From Felis catus (Eukaryota): a DNA stretch of 64,000 nucleotides. Positions 27,935-40,812 of this stretch are shown in pieces. Numbering within the stretch: position 1 is the stretch's first letter; every line of letters starts with the position of its first letter. The stretch spans positions 128,838,001-128,902,000 of the forward strand of contig NC_058368.1 in NCBI RefSeq assembly GCF_018350175.1. The letters run 5' to 3'. Position numbers and translations under genes: made by a program. The notes beneath the pieces were generated by a model. That model saw only the letters and a program-made list of their open reading frames with translations. It was not told the origin of the DNA and made no database searches.

Positions 27935-28550
27935 CTTTGCACCAGAATCTCATTGGGTGCCTTGTAAAATGCACATGTTTGGACCCTTCTGCACACCTAC
28001 TAAATCAGAATTTCTGAGAGTGTAACTGTGGCATTTGCATTGTAGTGGATAAAAGATGGCCACAAATTCTTTGACATTTCTCCCGTCAAGAGGTGGGGTC
28101 TAGTTCTCCTCCTCTTGAAATTGGCCCAGGGCTGCTCTGAACAATGAAGTGATACCATGCCCATTCCAGGCCTAGCTGTGGTTTCTGGGAGGTCTGGACC
28201 ATGTGGAGAGAGCCCCGAGAGTACACGAAGAGGGAGCAGAGTCCAGCTAAGCCAGCTCTGCATTCGCCCCCTCCAATTTGCCAGGCATGTGGGTGAAGTG
28301 GTCTTGGACCCTCCAGATGACACCAGACACCACCAATAGGTGACCCCAGGCGACCACATAGAGCAGAAGAATCACCCAGCTGATCCCTGCCAGAATCCTG
28401 ATTCACAAAATCATGAAATGTAGTAAGTCGGTTGTTGCTTTAAACCTCTAAGTTTTACGATAATTTGTTACACAGTGGTAGATAACAAGAATATGCAGAT
28501 GTCACAAATTCTCCAGGTTATTCTTATGTATCCTAGAATTTGAGTCATTG
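27935..28550. mobile_element. MER5A-like hAT fossil interrupted by an MLT1 LTR (about 28041-28493, +)
   Basis: cctactaaatcagaatttctg...tttgcat, then tgtagtggataaaagatggcc...gataacaagaata, then ctccaggttattctt. Confidence 0.7.
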
Positions 28551-29664
28551 TTGTAAAAGGATCGGACATTTAATGACTAAAATTTTATATTAAAGAAGAG
28601 AAAATAGAATTCATTTCATAATTTGTTGTTTATATGTCCTAAGGGAAGGGAGATATGATAAAATAAAATCTCATAATTTATGTTGAATTCATTTTGTTTC
28701 TTGGACAGTAAGCCAGTCTGATCGTAATGTTTGACAAACAAGAGAGGGCCTCCAGCTCTCCTGAACTTTTCTAGACAATTCAATTGCCTCAGACAGTGTT
28801 AATAAACAATGTCACCCCAATGGAATAAAATTCAGCTTTGGATTTAAAATGTAGTGAGTCTTGACAACATTTGGTTTGGATTGGACATGTTTCCTTAGTC
28901 TCTGCTTCCAGGCCAAAACTAAGAAGATTTGGGAGAAGGGGGGTTAGTCTCTATTTTAAATCTGAAGTCTGTGGGTTTCTTTCAGGTTTCATAATGGAAC
29001 CTTTAGGCTTGTAAGTCACATGACCAACCGCTGCGTTAGCCATAGTTTTGGATGAAAACCACAGGACCCTACAAACCCCACTGGGATTAGCGATTTTTGT
29101 TTTGGTTTCTCAACAAAGCAATTTGGACAAATCTGAGAAATTTTTACAGACTCAGCAGAGATCGGTGTGAAACTCAGCATCTTCCTTGGATGCTTCAGCT
29201 CGGCTGCAGTGGGTTTGGACGAGTCCACTGCTTAAAAATGGAACTCTAAAAGCATAAAACCACACAAGCCAAAAATATTTTCCAACGTGAGTTTAACTAA
29301 GCCGAAGCTGCTGGGATTTGTGCCCTCTCTGTGCAGACGAGTAAATGTGCCCCTTCCAACGAGATTCTCCACCTGCCTTCGAGCCCATCGGGTCTGCTGT
29401 GTCACATGCTGAGCAGAGCATCTCTTTAACACAGAGCCCTGGCCTCTGTAGGTACTCTTCAGGGGTGGTAGTGTGTTTCCCCAGATTCAATAGTTCAAAG
29501 TCTGGCAAGAAATCGACCTTACCATTTATTTTTATTTTGTTTATCTGAAAAACAAAGCGTCCATATGGTGGTATCACTTGAGAACAGCTGACAAATAAAT
29601 ATAATAATCCTTAAAGTCACTGCTTCCCAAACACCCAGTCTGGCCCATGGCAGGGCTGCTTCCA

Positions 29665-29800
29665 CATTGCTTGAGGTGCTGGTTAAAAATACAGATTCCC
29701 AGGCAGCTCTCCAAATCAGAATTTCTGGGTAGGAGCCCAGGAATCTTTATTTTTAATGAGTTGTTCAGATGGTTGTATACATCCAAGTTTAGGAAACACT
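29665..29800. mobile_element. MER5A-like fragment
   Basis: aaaatacagattcccaggc...aatcagaatttctggg. Confidence 0.65.
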
Positions 29801-29821
29801 TTGGTGTTTAAAAAATACGAC

Positions 29822-30450
29822 ACCTCAGCTCTGGCCAAGATGGAGTAACATGGATTGGATTTACCCTACAGCCCGAAACAACTAAAAGACTGTAACAATA
29901 TGTATAAAAGAATGATTTTTCAGAACTTGGACATCAGGCAATATAGGATGATGATGATGATGAGAGGCCAACAAATGATTTTCCACATGCCAGAAAGAGA
30001 GAGCGGGACAACGCTCAGTGTAGGACAATCACCTTTACAGGAAAAGATTATTAGAAGGTGATTTTATTTTACTCTATGAAGGATTCTTATTCAGTTCACA
30101 GAAGAGCCATCACATAGTGGGGGCCTGGCTGAATACCCTGAGGGCCTTCCTTCCAGTGGGATATTCAGCAGCACAGGCGTGCATGTGCAGATACAGACTA
30201 AGGCCAAGTCAGGGATGGGTTTGCAACATGCTCTTGTTTGTGTTTTCAAAAGAGAGATTTACATAATACAATATGCAAAATCTTTCAGCAGGACACATAA
30301 GAAAGCAGTATGTTGATGGTGTCTCAGGAAGAAGCGTGACAAGCTGGCATGGGGCAGGAGAGAAACAAGTTTTGCTGTACGCTTTCTGCACTGTCAAAAG
30401 ATCTTTAAATGATCATATATTTCATTTTAAATTAAAAATTAAAATAAATG
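29822..30450 (+). mobile_element. Old L1M 5'UTR and 3' fragments
   Basis: ctctggccaagatggagtaaca...ttggacatcaggca. Confidence 0.6.
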
Positions 30451-30484
30451 AGTCATCTTAAGGATTTCTTTAAATATATAACCA

Positions 30485-30830
30485 GAGGCGCCTGGCTGGC
30501 TCAGTTGGTGGAGCATGCAACTCTTGATATCGGGGTTGTGAGTTCAAGCCCCATATTGGGTATAGAGATTGCTTAAGAATAAATAAACTTTTAAAAGTAC
30601 AATAATAGGGGCGCCTGGGTGGCTCAGTTGGTTAAGTGTCCAACTTCAGCTTCAGGTCAGGTCATGATCTTGTGGTTCATGAGTTCGAGCCCCACATCAG
30701 GCTCTGTGCTGACTGCTCAGAGCCTGGAGCCTGCTTCAGATTCTGTGTCTTCCTCTCGCTCTGCACTGCCCCCCCCCCCCGTCTCTCTCTCTCTCAAAAA
30801 TAAATAAGCATTAAAAATTAAAAATATATA
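30485..30830 (+). mobile_element. Two tandem Can-SINEs (about 30485-30595 and 30607-30830)
   Basis: Two SINE heads, each with an A-rich tail. Confidence 0.92.
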
Positions 30831-30974
30831 TATAATAATGAAATGAATAAATATTTAACCAAATTTTATGTGATTTTTACAGTTACCTATCCTCTAACTT
30901 TTGAGGAAAACCTCGAGCATGTAAAGCAATTATTATAATACACACCCATCTGATAATTTATCCTATGTATCATT

Positions 30975-31297
30975 CACAGTTTAGTTTGTCTTTATTCATC
31001 TGACATATAATACTATACACCAAAAGATGACAACGAATTACATCATTATTGTGTTTCAACTTTTTTGAAAAACAAGTTGTTGTCATTGCTCGTTCATTTC
31101 CAAAATACGAGTTTAAAATTGTTTCATTGTTTCTGGGTTCTGGCACAGTCCCACGCAATGCCCAGTGTCAATTATCTGGTTATATCCACATTCCTGCGGT
31201 TGTTCCTAAAATCTACAAAAGTATTCTATTTTAGACTCCCAAGTGTCAGAAGAGTAAGATATTTGTGCAAGCCCTTGTTTTGTCTCTGCACGGGTAC
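30975..31297 (-). other. Candidate terminal exon of an unidentified - strand transcript
   Basis: Acceptor tcttttctttatcttacAG before 31297; AATAAA on - strand at 30991-30996; unique sequence; 3' end approximate. Confidence 0.3.
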
Positions 31298-31911
31298 CTG
31301 TAAGATAAAGAAAAGATTCCAGGTCGGAATAAATGTTCTTCCCCGTAGGTAGGGCCAGCGTTCCAACTGGATGTCCATGTTCAGACCCCTGGGTCACGGG
31401 AGCCCTTCTGAAGGGGACCCTGCACGGCATTTGCCATTGTGCTTTTTGTACTCTTCTTAAGGCTGACAGCTACATGTTTTTGTTGTTAGGCAAGAGATTT
31501 GAGATATATGAATTATCTAAAATTGTGCTTCTGCAGAAAACAAGGATGTAGAAAATGTAAAAATGTAAGAGGCCCAAAGAATAGATTTAACCAAAGAACT
31601 AAAGTCAGAGAAAGTGATTCTGGGAATCTAAATAATTGAGACATCATTTCCATTCTTTCTGATACACCATTGTTTTCTCTACTCATGTATTGTCACCACA
31701 GGACAAACAAAGTCAGTTCCTGCCCTCTTAAACTCCCTCTCAAAAACAATGGGAAAGGAAGCAAAATATGGATGTGTTTGTGTTTGCTTGTGTCAGCATA
31801 AACACTGGGAACCTACATAAGAAATAAACAATATGGTTACCTACATGGACAGGGGAATGGGGGTGGAGAGGGACTGGCATAGATGGGGATAGACCTCTCA
31901 ACATTTACATT

Positions 31912-32208
31912 TTTTTTTACCTAAGTATCGTTGACACACAGTGCTACATTAGCTTCAGGCATACAACATAGTGATTCCACAACTGCAGGTATTATGCTAT
32001 GCTCACCATGAGCATGGCTACCATCTGTCACCATACAATGCTGTTACGATACCACTGAGTATATTTGCTATGCTGTACCTTTCATCCCGTGACTTACTCA
32101 TTCTGTAACTGGAAGCCTGTACCTCCCACTCCCTTTGACCTATTTTGCCCATCCCCCACCCCCTTCCTCCTTGACAACCATCAGTTTGTTCCTGTATGTA
32201 TGGGTCTG

Positions 32209-32251
<43 letters not shown>

Positions 32252-32825
32252 ATATGTTTTATTATTATTTTTTTTAGATTCCACATATAAGTGCAATCAT
32301 ATGGGATTTGTCTTTCTCTGTCTTCTTTCACTTAGCATTATACGCTCCAGGTCCATGTTGCTACAAATTGTAAAATCTCACTCATTTTTACAGCTGTCTG
32401 ATATTCCATTGTACATATTTCACATCTTCTTTATCCATTTATCTATGGAAGGACACTTGGGTCACTTCCATATCTTGGCTATTGTAAATAATGCTGCAAA
32501 AAGCACAGGGGTGCATACATCTTCTTGAATTAATGTTTTCAGGGGTTTCTGGAATATACCAGAATAGTGGAATTTCTGGATCATATAGTATTTCTGTTTT
32601 TAATTTTTTTGAGGAAACTTCATTTTGTTTTTAACACTGGCTGCACCAATTTATATTCCCTCCAACAGTGCACAAATGTTCCCTTTTCTCCACATCCTCA
32701 CCAACACTTGTTATTTCTTGTCTTTTCTGACAGGAGTAATAAGATATCTCAGTGTCGTCTTGATTTGAAGTTTCCTGATGATTAGTAATGTTGAGCATCT
32801 TTTTATGTGTCTGTTGGCCATCTTT
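31912..32825 (-). mobile_element. Carnivore L1 3' fragment with internal (TG)n at about 32212-32250
   Basis: Antisense L1 3'UTR and ORF2 end. Confidence 0.9.
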
Positions 32826-33298
32826 ATCAACATTTTCATTTTTATAGTGTTTACATATTGGAATATGTGACACATCACATATTTTTAAAATTTAAATTTA
32901 AAAAATATTTCTCAAAGTTTATCTCTTTGTATACAATCTTTATATAACATGCCTAAGGTTAGGTTGAATGGACTGAAGTTGCATAAACTGAGTAAAAACA
33001 ACAGGAAGCTGAAACCCAACCTCCCCCCTCCCTTCCTCTGCTTATCATTTTGGATGAAAAAAAAGATCTCAAATAATTATCTAAGTGATTTCCTTCTGGC
33101 CACCATTTTCCATGGCTTCTATCAGACGAGTCTATAGGTTCTTAGAACATTTTGAAAAATAAAAGACAAAATTCTACTTTGTGTAATTTTTCCTTTTGGA
33201 GTCATTCTGGGTCCTCACTACAGAATCACCTATGTACGTGTTAGGATAATAGAAGGCAACAAAACAAAGGGGATCCTGGTAAGAAAATGAGATTGTGG

Positions 33299-33373
33299 TG
33301 TGCATGTGTGTGTGTGTGTGTGTGTGTGTGCATACAAACACACACACACACACACATACACACACACACACAC
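33299..33373. repeat. (TG)n-(CA)n self-complementary compound microsatellite
   Basis: TG run 33305-33330, CA run about 33339-33373. Confidence 0.95.
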
Positions 33374-33739
33374 TTATGTGCAGGGGAATGGGGAAGATGG
33401 CAGAGAAGGCCTGGAGGTATTTCCCAGTGTAAACATTAGAGGTTTAATTTTTGCAAAGCAGCTTTTCTGGTGAAATATTGCTGACTGTATTTGGAAGTTG
33501 ATAATATAATTCAGTTCTCCTCTGGGCATTGTGGGTATACTATGATTTTCTTGGTTGAAATGCCTCCCTCCCCACCCCAGAATAGTAGAAAGAGTGAATA
33601 ATTTCATATTGGACACTTTCCCTTTTGGGGAATAATTTAAGCACTACCATATGTCTTCTTATTTTGTCCTTCTACTGTCTCTCATGAACTGCTGGGCTTT
33701 GAAAATGCAAAAACAAAGCAAACACAAAGGAACACACTG

Positions 33740-33741
<2 letters not shown>

Positions 33742-33788
<47 letters not shown>
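33742..33788. repeat. (GT)n microsatellite
   Basis: Uninterrupted run. Confidence 0.95.
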
Positions 33789-33791
<3 letters not shown>

Positions 33792-34544
33792 AAAAGCACT
33801 CTGTGGTGATTGCCCAATCACTGGGCCATGGTAATTATCCAGGAAGGTGTTTGAAGATATGCTCCACTGAAGGGGAGTGATAACAACCTTCAGAAACTGT
33901 TTAATCCCCAGGAACTAAAATCAGTCTGATGGTGGCCGCACAAGATGGGAAGGAATAATCATTGAAATTAGACCCAAGGAGGAATGCATGAAGTGTGCTT
34001 GCTCTAAGCCACCAGTGTCAGAACAGCTCAGGGCCAAGGAGCGTACATTTGACCTGAGATGAATTCTGCAGTATTTTCTGTCTACACCAGTTTGCTCCAA
34101 GTCCCTCCTGGTGGGTTGGTATCTCTCTCCCACATGTTGTGTGACATCGCATCGTTGTCCCATGTTCACAGTGAGCTGTCAGATTCCCAGGAGCAGAGGC
34201 CTATTTCCGAAGCATCTAAATCAATCTACAAATAATAGTCTGGTTATTTGATTTTTCACAGTTCTTTGCCTTTTTCCTGCACTGTGGCCTTATGTAGCTA
34301 ACTTTATTCATCAAACAGCTATGGAGGTTGAAGTTATCTCCAATTTGGAGCCATATAATTTACTTGAAAAGTGCAGTGATTCTTTAAGTACACTCAGTTC
34401 GTGAGCACTCAGCACACCAGATTATTCAGGAAGCCTCTTATCTCAGAAAGCTGATTAAATTATAGCAATGATCAAGACATTTATTTCAAAGATACTGAGA
34501 AAAATCAGAGCATGCTTGTCAGGTGCCTGGGGCACTTTTTACAC

Positions 34545-35030
34545 TTGACCCCAACATTCTTTAACCTCCCCTCCTCAAGATCAGGAGTCCCCGTCCCTGC
34601 TTTTGAATCAGGATGGGCTGGTCACTGCTTTGACCAATAAAGTGTGGTAGCAGCATTGCCGGGTGACTTCTGAGGCTATCTTAGAAAAGGCCATGCCGCT
34701 TCTACTTTTTTCTCCTGTGGGGGTCACTCTGCAAGAAGTGGAGTAAGGAGTCTACCTCCCCTGAGAAAGGCCTGCTGGAAACGCTTTCTGGTCACAGTGT
34801 TGCTGCGTTTCCACCGCTGGCCAGGAGGACAGGCCACCTTAGACACGCAGCCCAGCTGAGCCTTCAGATGGTTGCAGTCCCTGCCAACATCTGACTGCAA
34901 CCTCAGGAGAAATTCCATGCGACAGAAAGGCAGCTAAGCCCTTCCTGAATTTATAACCCACAAAATCCTCTTTTAAATAATTGTTTCTAACACATTGGTT
35001 TGGGTTTCCACCACTATGTTTTGGGGTAAT
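34545..35030 (+). mobile_element. MLT1 LTR
   Basis: ctgctttgaccaataaagtgtggtag...gacttctgagg; ccactatgttttggggtaattt end. Confidence 0.75.
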
Positions 35031-36165
35031 TTCTTATTCAGTGCCAAGGGGAAAGAATTTTCCCTTCTTTGACACACCTTCTCAACATTCCAGATGTTTC
35101 CTTTCACTTCTGAGCATTGACACTGGGGTTGTTTTAATCCATTTTTCCTTCGATTCATCTTTTCATACTCCACAAATACACATACACAACCACATGTCCA
35201 CAGCCACCTGCACACGCACAAACTTGATCATGTGGCTCAGTTTTACTCCATAGTTCACTAAGTTCAAATCTCATTTTTCAGCTGATAAAACATGGGTCTG
35301 CAGGGACTAAATGTTAGTCCAAGGTCATATGGCTCAGTAGTGGCCCAGCTGGAAGTAAACCCAGATCTTCTGACATCCAGTCCAGTCCTTTTCCTACTAA
35401 TTACTTTAATATCCCACTGATCTCGTAAAATAGAATGGGTCAATCCTATTCTAGTCCAGGGGCCATAAACTCAGAATGAAAGTCCAAACAGACTCCTGGG
35501 TGCCGCACCCCGTTGAGCCTTCCAGGGTTGACCAGTGTGCATCTGGTGAGTGCTGCCCACGGCCTACCTCCTGGTTGGAGAAGAAGGACAGTGAGTGAGG
35601 AAAAGAAAGAAGTGCTGCTGAGAGGGCCTAGCCTATGCCTGCCCTCGTCCTCCTAGGCCTACATTATGAAGGCCTCACGCTAATTATGGTCAGAGTGCAA
35701 GCCAAGATTCCCAAATGGGCGGGAGAAACACCAGATACCCTCACCCCCACCCCGCTTCTATGTGAGACACATTTTACGAAAACAGAAATGTTTTAAAATG
35801 GTATATTGTGCATCTCTGAAACAGGCTTGAAAAAGGTAAGTGACTGGGACAAAAGCCTGGGAAACTCTCTGTGAGACAGAACTGGGGCTGGTCAGATGTG
35901 GGGTGTGTACCTGTGTGCTTTATCTGCCACTGAAAGGACCAGGCAGGCTGTCAGTAATACACTCTCCTCTGCCCACTGCCCCACCATTGCCCCAATTTCT
36001 CTAAGCCCTACAGCACTGTCGTATCATTTGTCTGGAGAGGGAATTAGAGCCAGTGAATAAGAAGGCCACCCCCCAGCCCCCACAATGGTGTATTTCCATT
36101 CCCTTGAGCTGTCTTGCCAACAGCCAGATCTCCTTCCTCCACCCACCTCTCCACCATGCTCCTAC

Positions 36166-36313
36166 CAAAGAGTGAAGGATGATTAAAAGTCTTCTGCATG
36201 AGGTGTGGTTTCGTTCAATATGTACTGTTGGTTCTGCAAATATGCTGGTGGGACGTTGACCATGCATGTTATGTGCCATATGCCGCTCTGTTGGCTGGCG
36301 TGCAGTGGAAAGC
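36166..36313 (-). other. Candidate internal exon (148 nt)
   Basis: Branch-like ACTCAC, acceptor tcccctcccttgcttttcAG, donor TTG|GTAGGA; unique sequence. Confidence 0.4.
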
Positions 36314-37939
36314 CTGAAAAGCAAGGGAGGGGACGTGAGTATTTTTCTCTGCTTTTGAAGCACAGGCTTTAATAAAACGCAAAACAAAAACCCAAGAGTT
36401 TTGAGAAAAAAATATCACATAATTACAGTTTTGTTAATCCTTCATGGATTCCTTACACTGTACACAATTTGCTCTTAAAAAAAGCAGCAGCAGATTCATT
36501 TGACTGCCTCAGATTCATAAAATCACGTTAAAATATCTCGCTTTCTGTGCTTGATATTTTCTGGAAAAGTTGTATGTAAAGTGAATTTTTGCAAATTTGG
36601 CCTTATTTCAAATATTGCCAAGGTGCTTTCTACTTAAACTGGTACCATTTTGTAAAGCAAATAATAATTTTGTAATGCAAATAGTCACTCCCTAACTTAT
36701 TTGTTTTGTAAGTTTGGGCTATTGTATTTGCATTTTTTTTCTAGAAGCCAGATACATCTATAGATGATGATGGGCAATAAGACACTAACTTATAAGTAAT
36801 ACATTGAAAATGTGATGAAAATATTTTTAGTTTTAGAAATTTAATCTAAGAATTTAGATTTGTTTAAAACAACTTTTATCTAAAGAACTTGCACCTATCC
36901 CAAAGCAGGGCAGTCTGGCAAAATATTGATATAGCAAAATACTGAATTTATCCTAAGGATGTAAGAGGACAAAGTATAAAAATGGATGTACCAAAAAAAA
37001 AAAAAAAGATTGCGCCATTGTTTATAATAACAAAAAGTTAAAAGGAACCCCAAATAGAGAAGTCAGTAAGAGCAGTCTTTTAAATAAAAACATGATTTCA
37101 TTTTCGTGCCATGATAGGTTACGCTTCTGTTAAAAGAGTAAAAGTGAGATACCATTTTCCCCTACCGGGTAGGCAACAATTTGAAAGTAACTTCCTGCTG
37201 CCGAGTGTAGGGTAACGAGGAGGTCAGAAGCAGTGTGGGTAAGTACATAAAATACTTCCTCACTGGGTGGTTGTCTCTGGGAGGGGCCGTAGTTTTGAGT
37301 ACCATCAAGTTTGCCAGTCCACAAATATTCAGGACACTGAGACACTATAATCAATGTGACATCAACTTGAATTATTTATTTTAAAAATACTCTAAAGCCA
37401 TTTTATATATTTAAGAGATTTAAAGAGAGTTTTTAAAGAATTACAGTGTTTAATGAGAAAGTATGAAAGTTTAATTTTCGTAAGATGTTTTTACTAGAAA
37501 CATCTCTTACTGTTCTTTAAGGGGAAAATATGTATCCAGCCCTTTCAAAACAAGTTCTAGATAAGATCATTTTGTGTATTTGAAAGCTGGGTAGTGAATT
37601 TTCTACTTTTAGTAACTCAGTAATTCCGTGGGTCTTCTTTTAGGTAGAGGGTAACCTTGCTGTCTAAAATTTACTTGATTAAAATAAGTTAAGAATTACT
37701 TGCCAATTCAGTTTATGGAAACGGACTATTATTTGAGATGTGATCCAAAGAACTTCCATTTGGTTACCAGCTTCAGTTTTTGGTGTGTGCAGAGTACAGA
37801 AAAATAGAGATAAGGAATACTCACCAATAATCTCACCACACGTTTTTGTCTATTTCCTTCCAGGAGTTTTTCTTAGCATTGTTATCACTTTAAGTACAAA
37901 ATACTATAAACATATATAAAAGTACAATAAATAATATAA

Positions 37940-39590
37940 TAGGACTCCTGTTTGCTTCAGTATGACAAATTAGATACCCCAAACATCCCTCGTTAAGAAC
38001 AACCAAAAATGCTAAGTAAAATATCAGAATTAAAAATTATTTTTAAATACATTACTGAACTGATAGGAGACTATGAAATATTCAGGGGCAAATAAAGTGA
38101 AAGCAGGAATCCTGGAAGGTAACTGTGCTCTAATTTAGCCTTCTCTGTGGAGGCATCTGTAGAGTCCTGGTGGCATTAACCTCAGGTTTTGATGGTGGCA
38201 TGGGGTAATGCAGACAGGACACCAAGGCAAGAACCCAACCAAGGTGAAATTTAATAGAAGACACATACCCCCATATAAAGTTAGGACCCCCCAGTGTGCA
38301 ATGCCTTCCGTATACAGGTAAACTAGATATAAACCCACCCCACAGATGGGAGTAGCATGGAAACTTGCTTATCTTGACTGTTGTGCTGGGTAGAAGGGGA
38401 AAATAAATCTCCTTTGAAAATTTATAATCAGAAGCAAAACCACAGAGGGATTTGTGGTCCAGAATTTACATTATCTGTAAGGACCTAAAAAAATTTCAAG
38501 CTGAAAATTTTATTTTAAAGTGATTTCACATTTTAATTGCCTCCAGGCACATGGCAGAAATAAAAGAAATATTCTCTGGAGGAACCCACCTTGAACCCAG
38601 GTCTTAAAAAGTTCCCACAACTAGACACAAGAGAATCTGGCCTGAATGTCAAAACTCACAAAATACACAAGCAATCAAGACACCATGGGGGAGACCCAAG
38701 AAACAAAATAAAAGAATCAGACCCCAAATAACACTGAATATTATAATTGTCAGTCCTACATAAAATAAGTGTATTTTTAATTGGCAGAAATTAATAATAG
38801 AGGGGATGAAAATATACAAGGAAAAAAGACTAAAAGTAAAGATCTTATAAATTTGTAAAACAAGTAGAATATCTAAAAATAAAAAAATATTATAACTGAA
38901 ATAACTCCAAATGGATTGGGTAAACAGAACATTGGGCGCATTAAAAAAAAAAAACTGGTACAAATTATCCATACAGTATAATAGGGAGACAACAAGATGA
39001 AAAGTATGAAAAAGAAGCCAAGAGACTTACAAGGTGGATAAGATATTATGTGAATCTAATTGGAATTTCAGAGAACAGACCTAACTTCAATAGTAATCAG
39101 GGAAATGCAAAGTGAAACAACAATGAGATGCCATTTTACCTTTCTCATCCTGGTATAATTCATGACACCCAGTTCTGGGAGGATATTAGACAACCAAGAA
39201 CTATTTAACTATGTTCTAGCAGGGGTGTAAGTTGGAACAACCACTTAAAAAAATTTTTTTTAATGTTTATTTCTTTTTGAGAGAGAAAGAGAGACAGAGC
39301 ATGAGTGGGAGAGGGACAGAGAGAGAGAGGGAGACACAGAATCCAAAGCAGGCTCCACGCTCTGAGCTGTAGCACAGAGCCCGATGTGGGCCTCAAATGA
39401 CGAACCGTGAGATCATGACCTGAGCTAAAGTCAGTCGCTTAACTGACTGAGCCCCCCAGGCGCCCCATAGAACAATCACTTTAGAAAGCAGTTTGGCAAT
39501 ATTTATTTTAGGGGTTTTAGGGTTTTGCAGTTTTGTTTTTTGTTTTTGAAAATTACTGCATACTCCCATTCTGCAAGAAAGTAGCACATA
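37940..39590 (+). mobile_element. Old L1M 5'/ORF1 and ORF2 fragments with inserted Can-SINE (about 39245-39467, -)
   Basis: A-rich degenerate L1; aatcagggaaatgcaaagtgaaacaacaatgagatgccattt. Confidence 0.7.
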
Positions 39591-40119
39591 TGAATCTAGC
39601 CATTACACAGCCCCAGGGACAAGTTCACTTCAGGAGGGTGCAAGGGCACCTGCAAAGAGAGTAAAAGGTGAAACTGAGGAAGTTCTGGGAATCCTCCTGG
39701 TTATTCATTTATTCATTCATTCAACTAATAATTACTGAGGGCCTTTTCTGTAGCAGGTGCTAATAGTTTAAAGGGCTCACCTCTCCAAGCTAGAGTCAGC
39801 TCTTTTTAGGGCGTGATGATACTCTATCTGTGCATCCTCAAATCTGCTCTTTTTCCCCTGTAGATTTCAGGATTTGGGCTGTTTTACTCACTTTAGACTT
39901 CCTACTGGAAAGAGTCCAGAGTACATGAAAGAAGAGCACAGTTCATTCTACCTTTTGCTAGGAAGGAAAGATGGAAACACAGTTGAAATTCTTCACTCTC
40001 CATCCTGCAAGATTCCACTCAGTTCTGATCTTTGTCTGACTATTCCAGCTAATCTGTCTTTCTCGATTCCCAGGCCTCATTTTCTATGGCAGTCTCTTGG
40101 TTATTAAAAATACACTTGT

Positions 40120-40329
40120 GGGGCGCCTGGGTGGCGCAGTCGGTTAAGCGTCCGACTTCAGCCAGGTCACGATCTCGCGGTCCGGGAGTTCGAGCCCCGC
40201 GTCAGGCTCTGGGCTGATGGCTCAGAGCCTGGAGCCTGTTTCCGATTCTGTGTCTCCCTCTCTCTCTCTGCCCCTCCCCCGTTCATGCTCTGTCTCTCTC
40301 TGTCCCAAAAATAAATAAACATTGAAAAA
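40120..40329 (+). mobile_element. Young SINEC_Fc-type element
   Basis: CpGs intact, A box tggcgcagtcgg, B box gttcgagcc; TSD AAAAATACACTTG. Confidence 0.97.
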
Positions 40330-40346
40330 AAAAATACACTTGCAAT

Positions 40347-40812
40347 GGGAGTGCCTGGGTGGCTCAGTCGGTTGAGCACCTAACTCTTGATTTCTACTCA
40401 GGTCATGATCCCAGGGTCATAGGATCGACCCCTCCCCACCCCATCCACACTCAGCACAGAGCCTGCTTGGGATTCTCTCTTTCTCCTTCTGCCCCTCTCC
40501 CCAGTTCGCGTGCATGCTCTCTCTCTAAAAGAAAATTAAAAAGTTTAGGGCCACCTAGGTAGCTCAGTCAGTTAATCATCCAACTTCCACTCAGGTCATG
40601 ATCTTGTGGTTCTTGAGTTCCAGCCCCACGTCGGGCTCTGTGCTGACACCTCAGAGCCTGGAGCCTGCTTCAGATTCTGTGTCTCCCTCTCTCTCTGCCC
40701 CTTCCCCGCTCATACTCTGTCTCTCTCTGTCTCTCAAAAATGAATAAACGTTAAAAAAATTTTTTTTGATAAACATTAAAAAAATAATAAAATTAAATAA
40801 AATTAAAAAGTT
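40347..40812 (+). mobile_element. Older Can-SINE with a second SINE inserted in its tail (from about 40548)
   Basis: TSD AAAATTAAAAAGTT at 40532-40545 and 40799-40812. Confidence 0.92.

Noticed and set aside
36166..36313. Alternative frame GFPLHASQQSGIWHITCMVNVPPAYLQNQQYILNETTP as a cadherin repeat remnant
   Set aside because: Lacks the DxNDxxP calcium-binding residues and ends in a stop within the exon
40120..40200. tRNA gene (A and B boxes present)
   Set aside because: This is the tRNA-derived head of a SINE, followed by SINE body and tail
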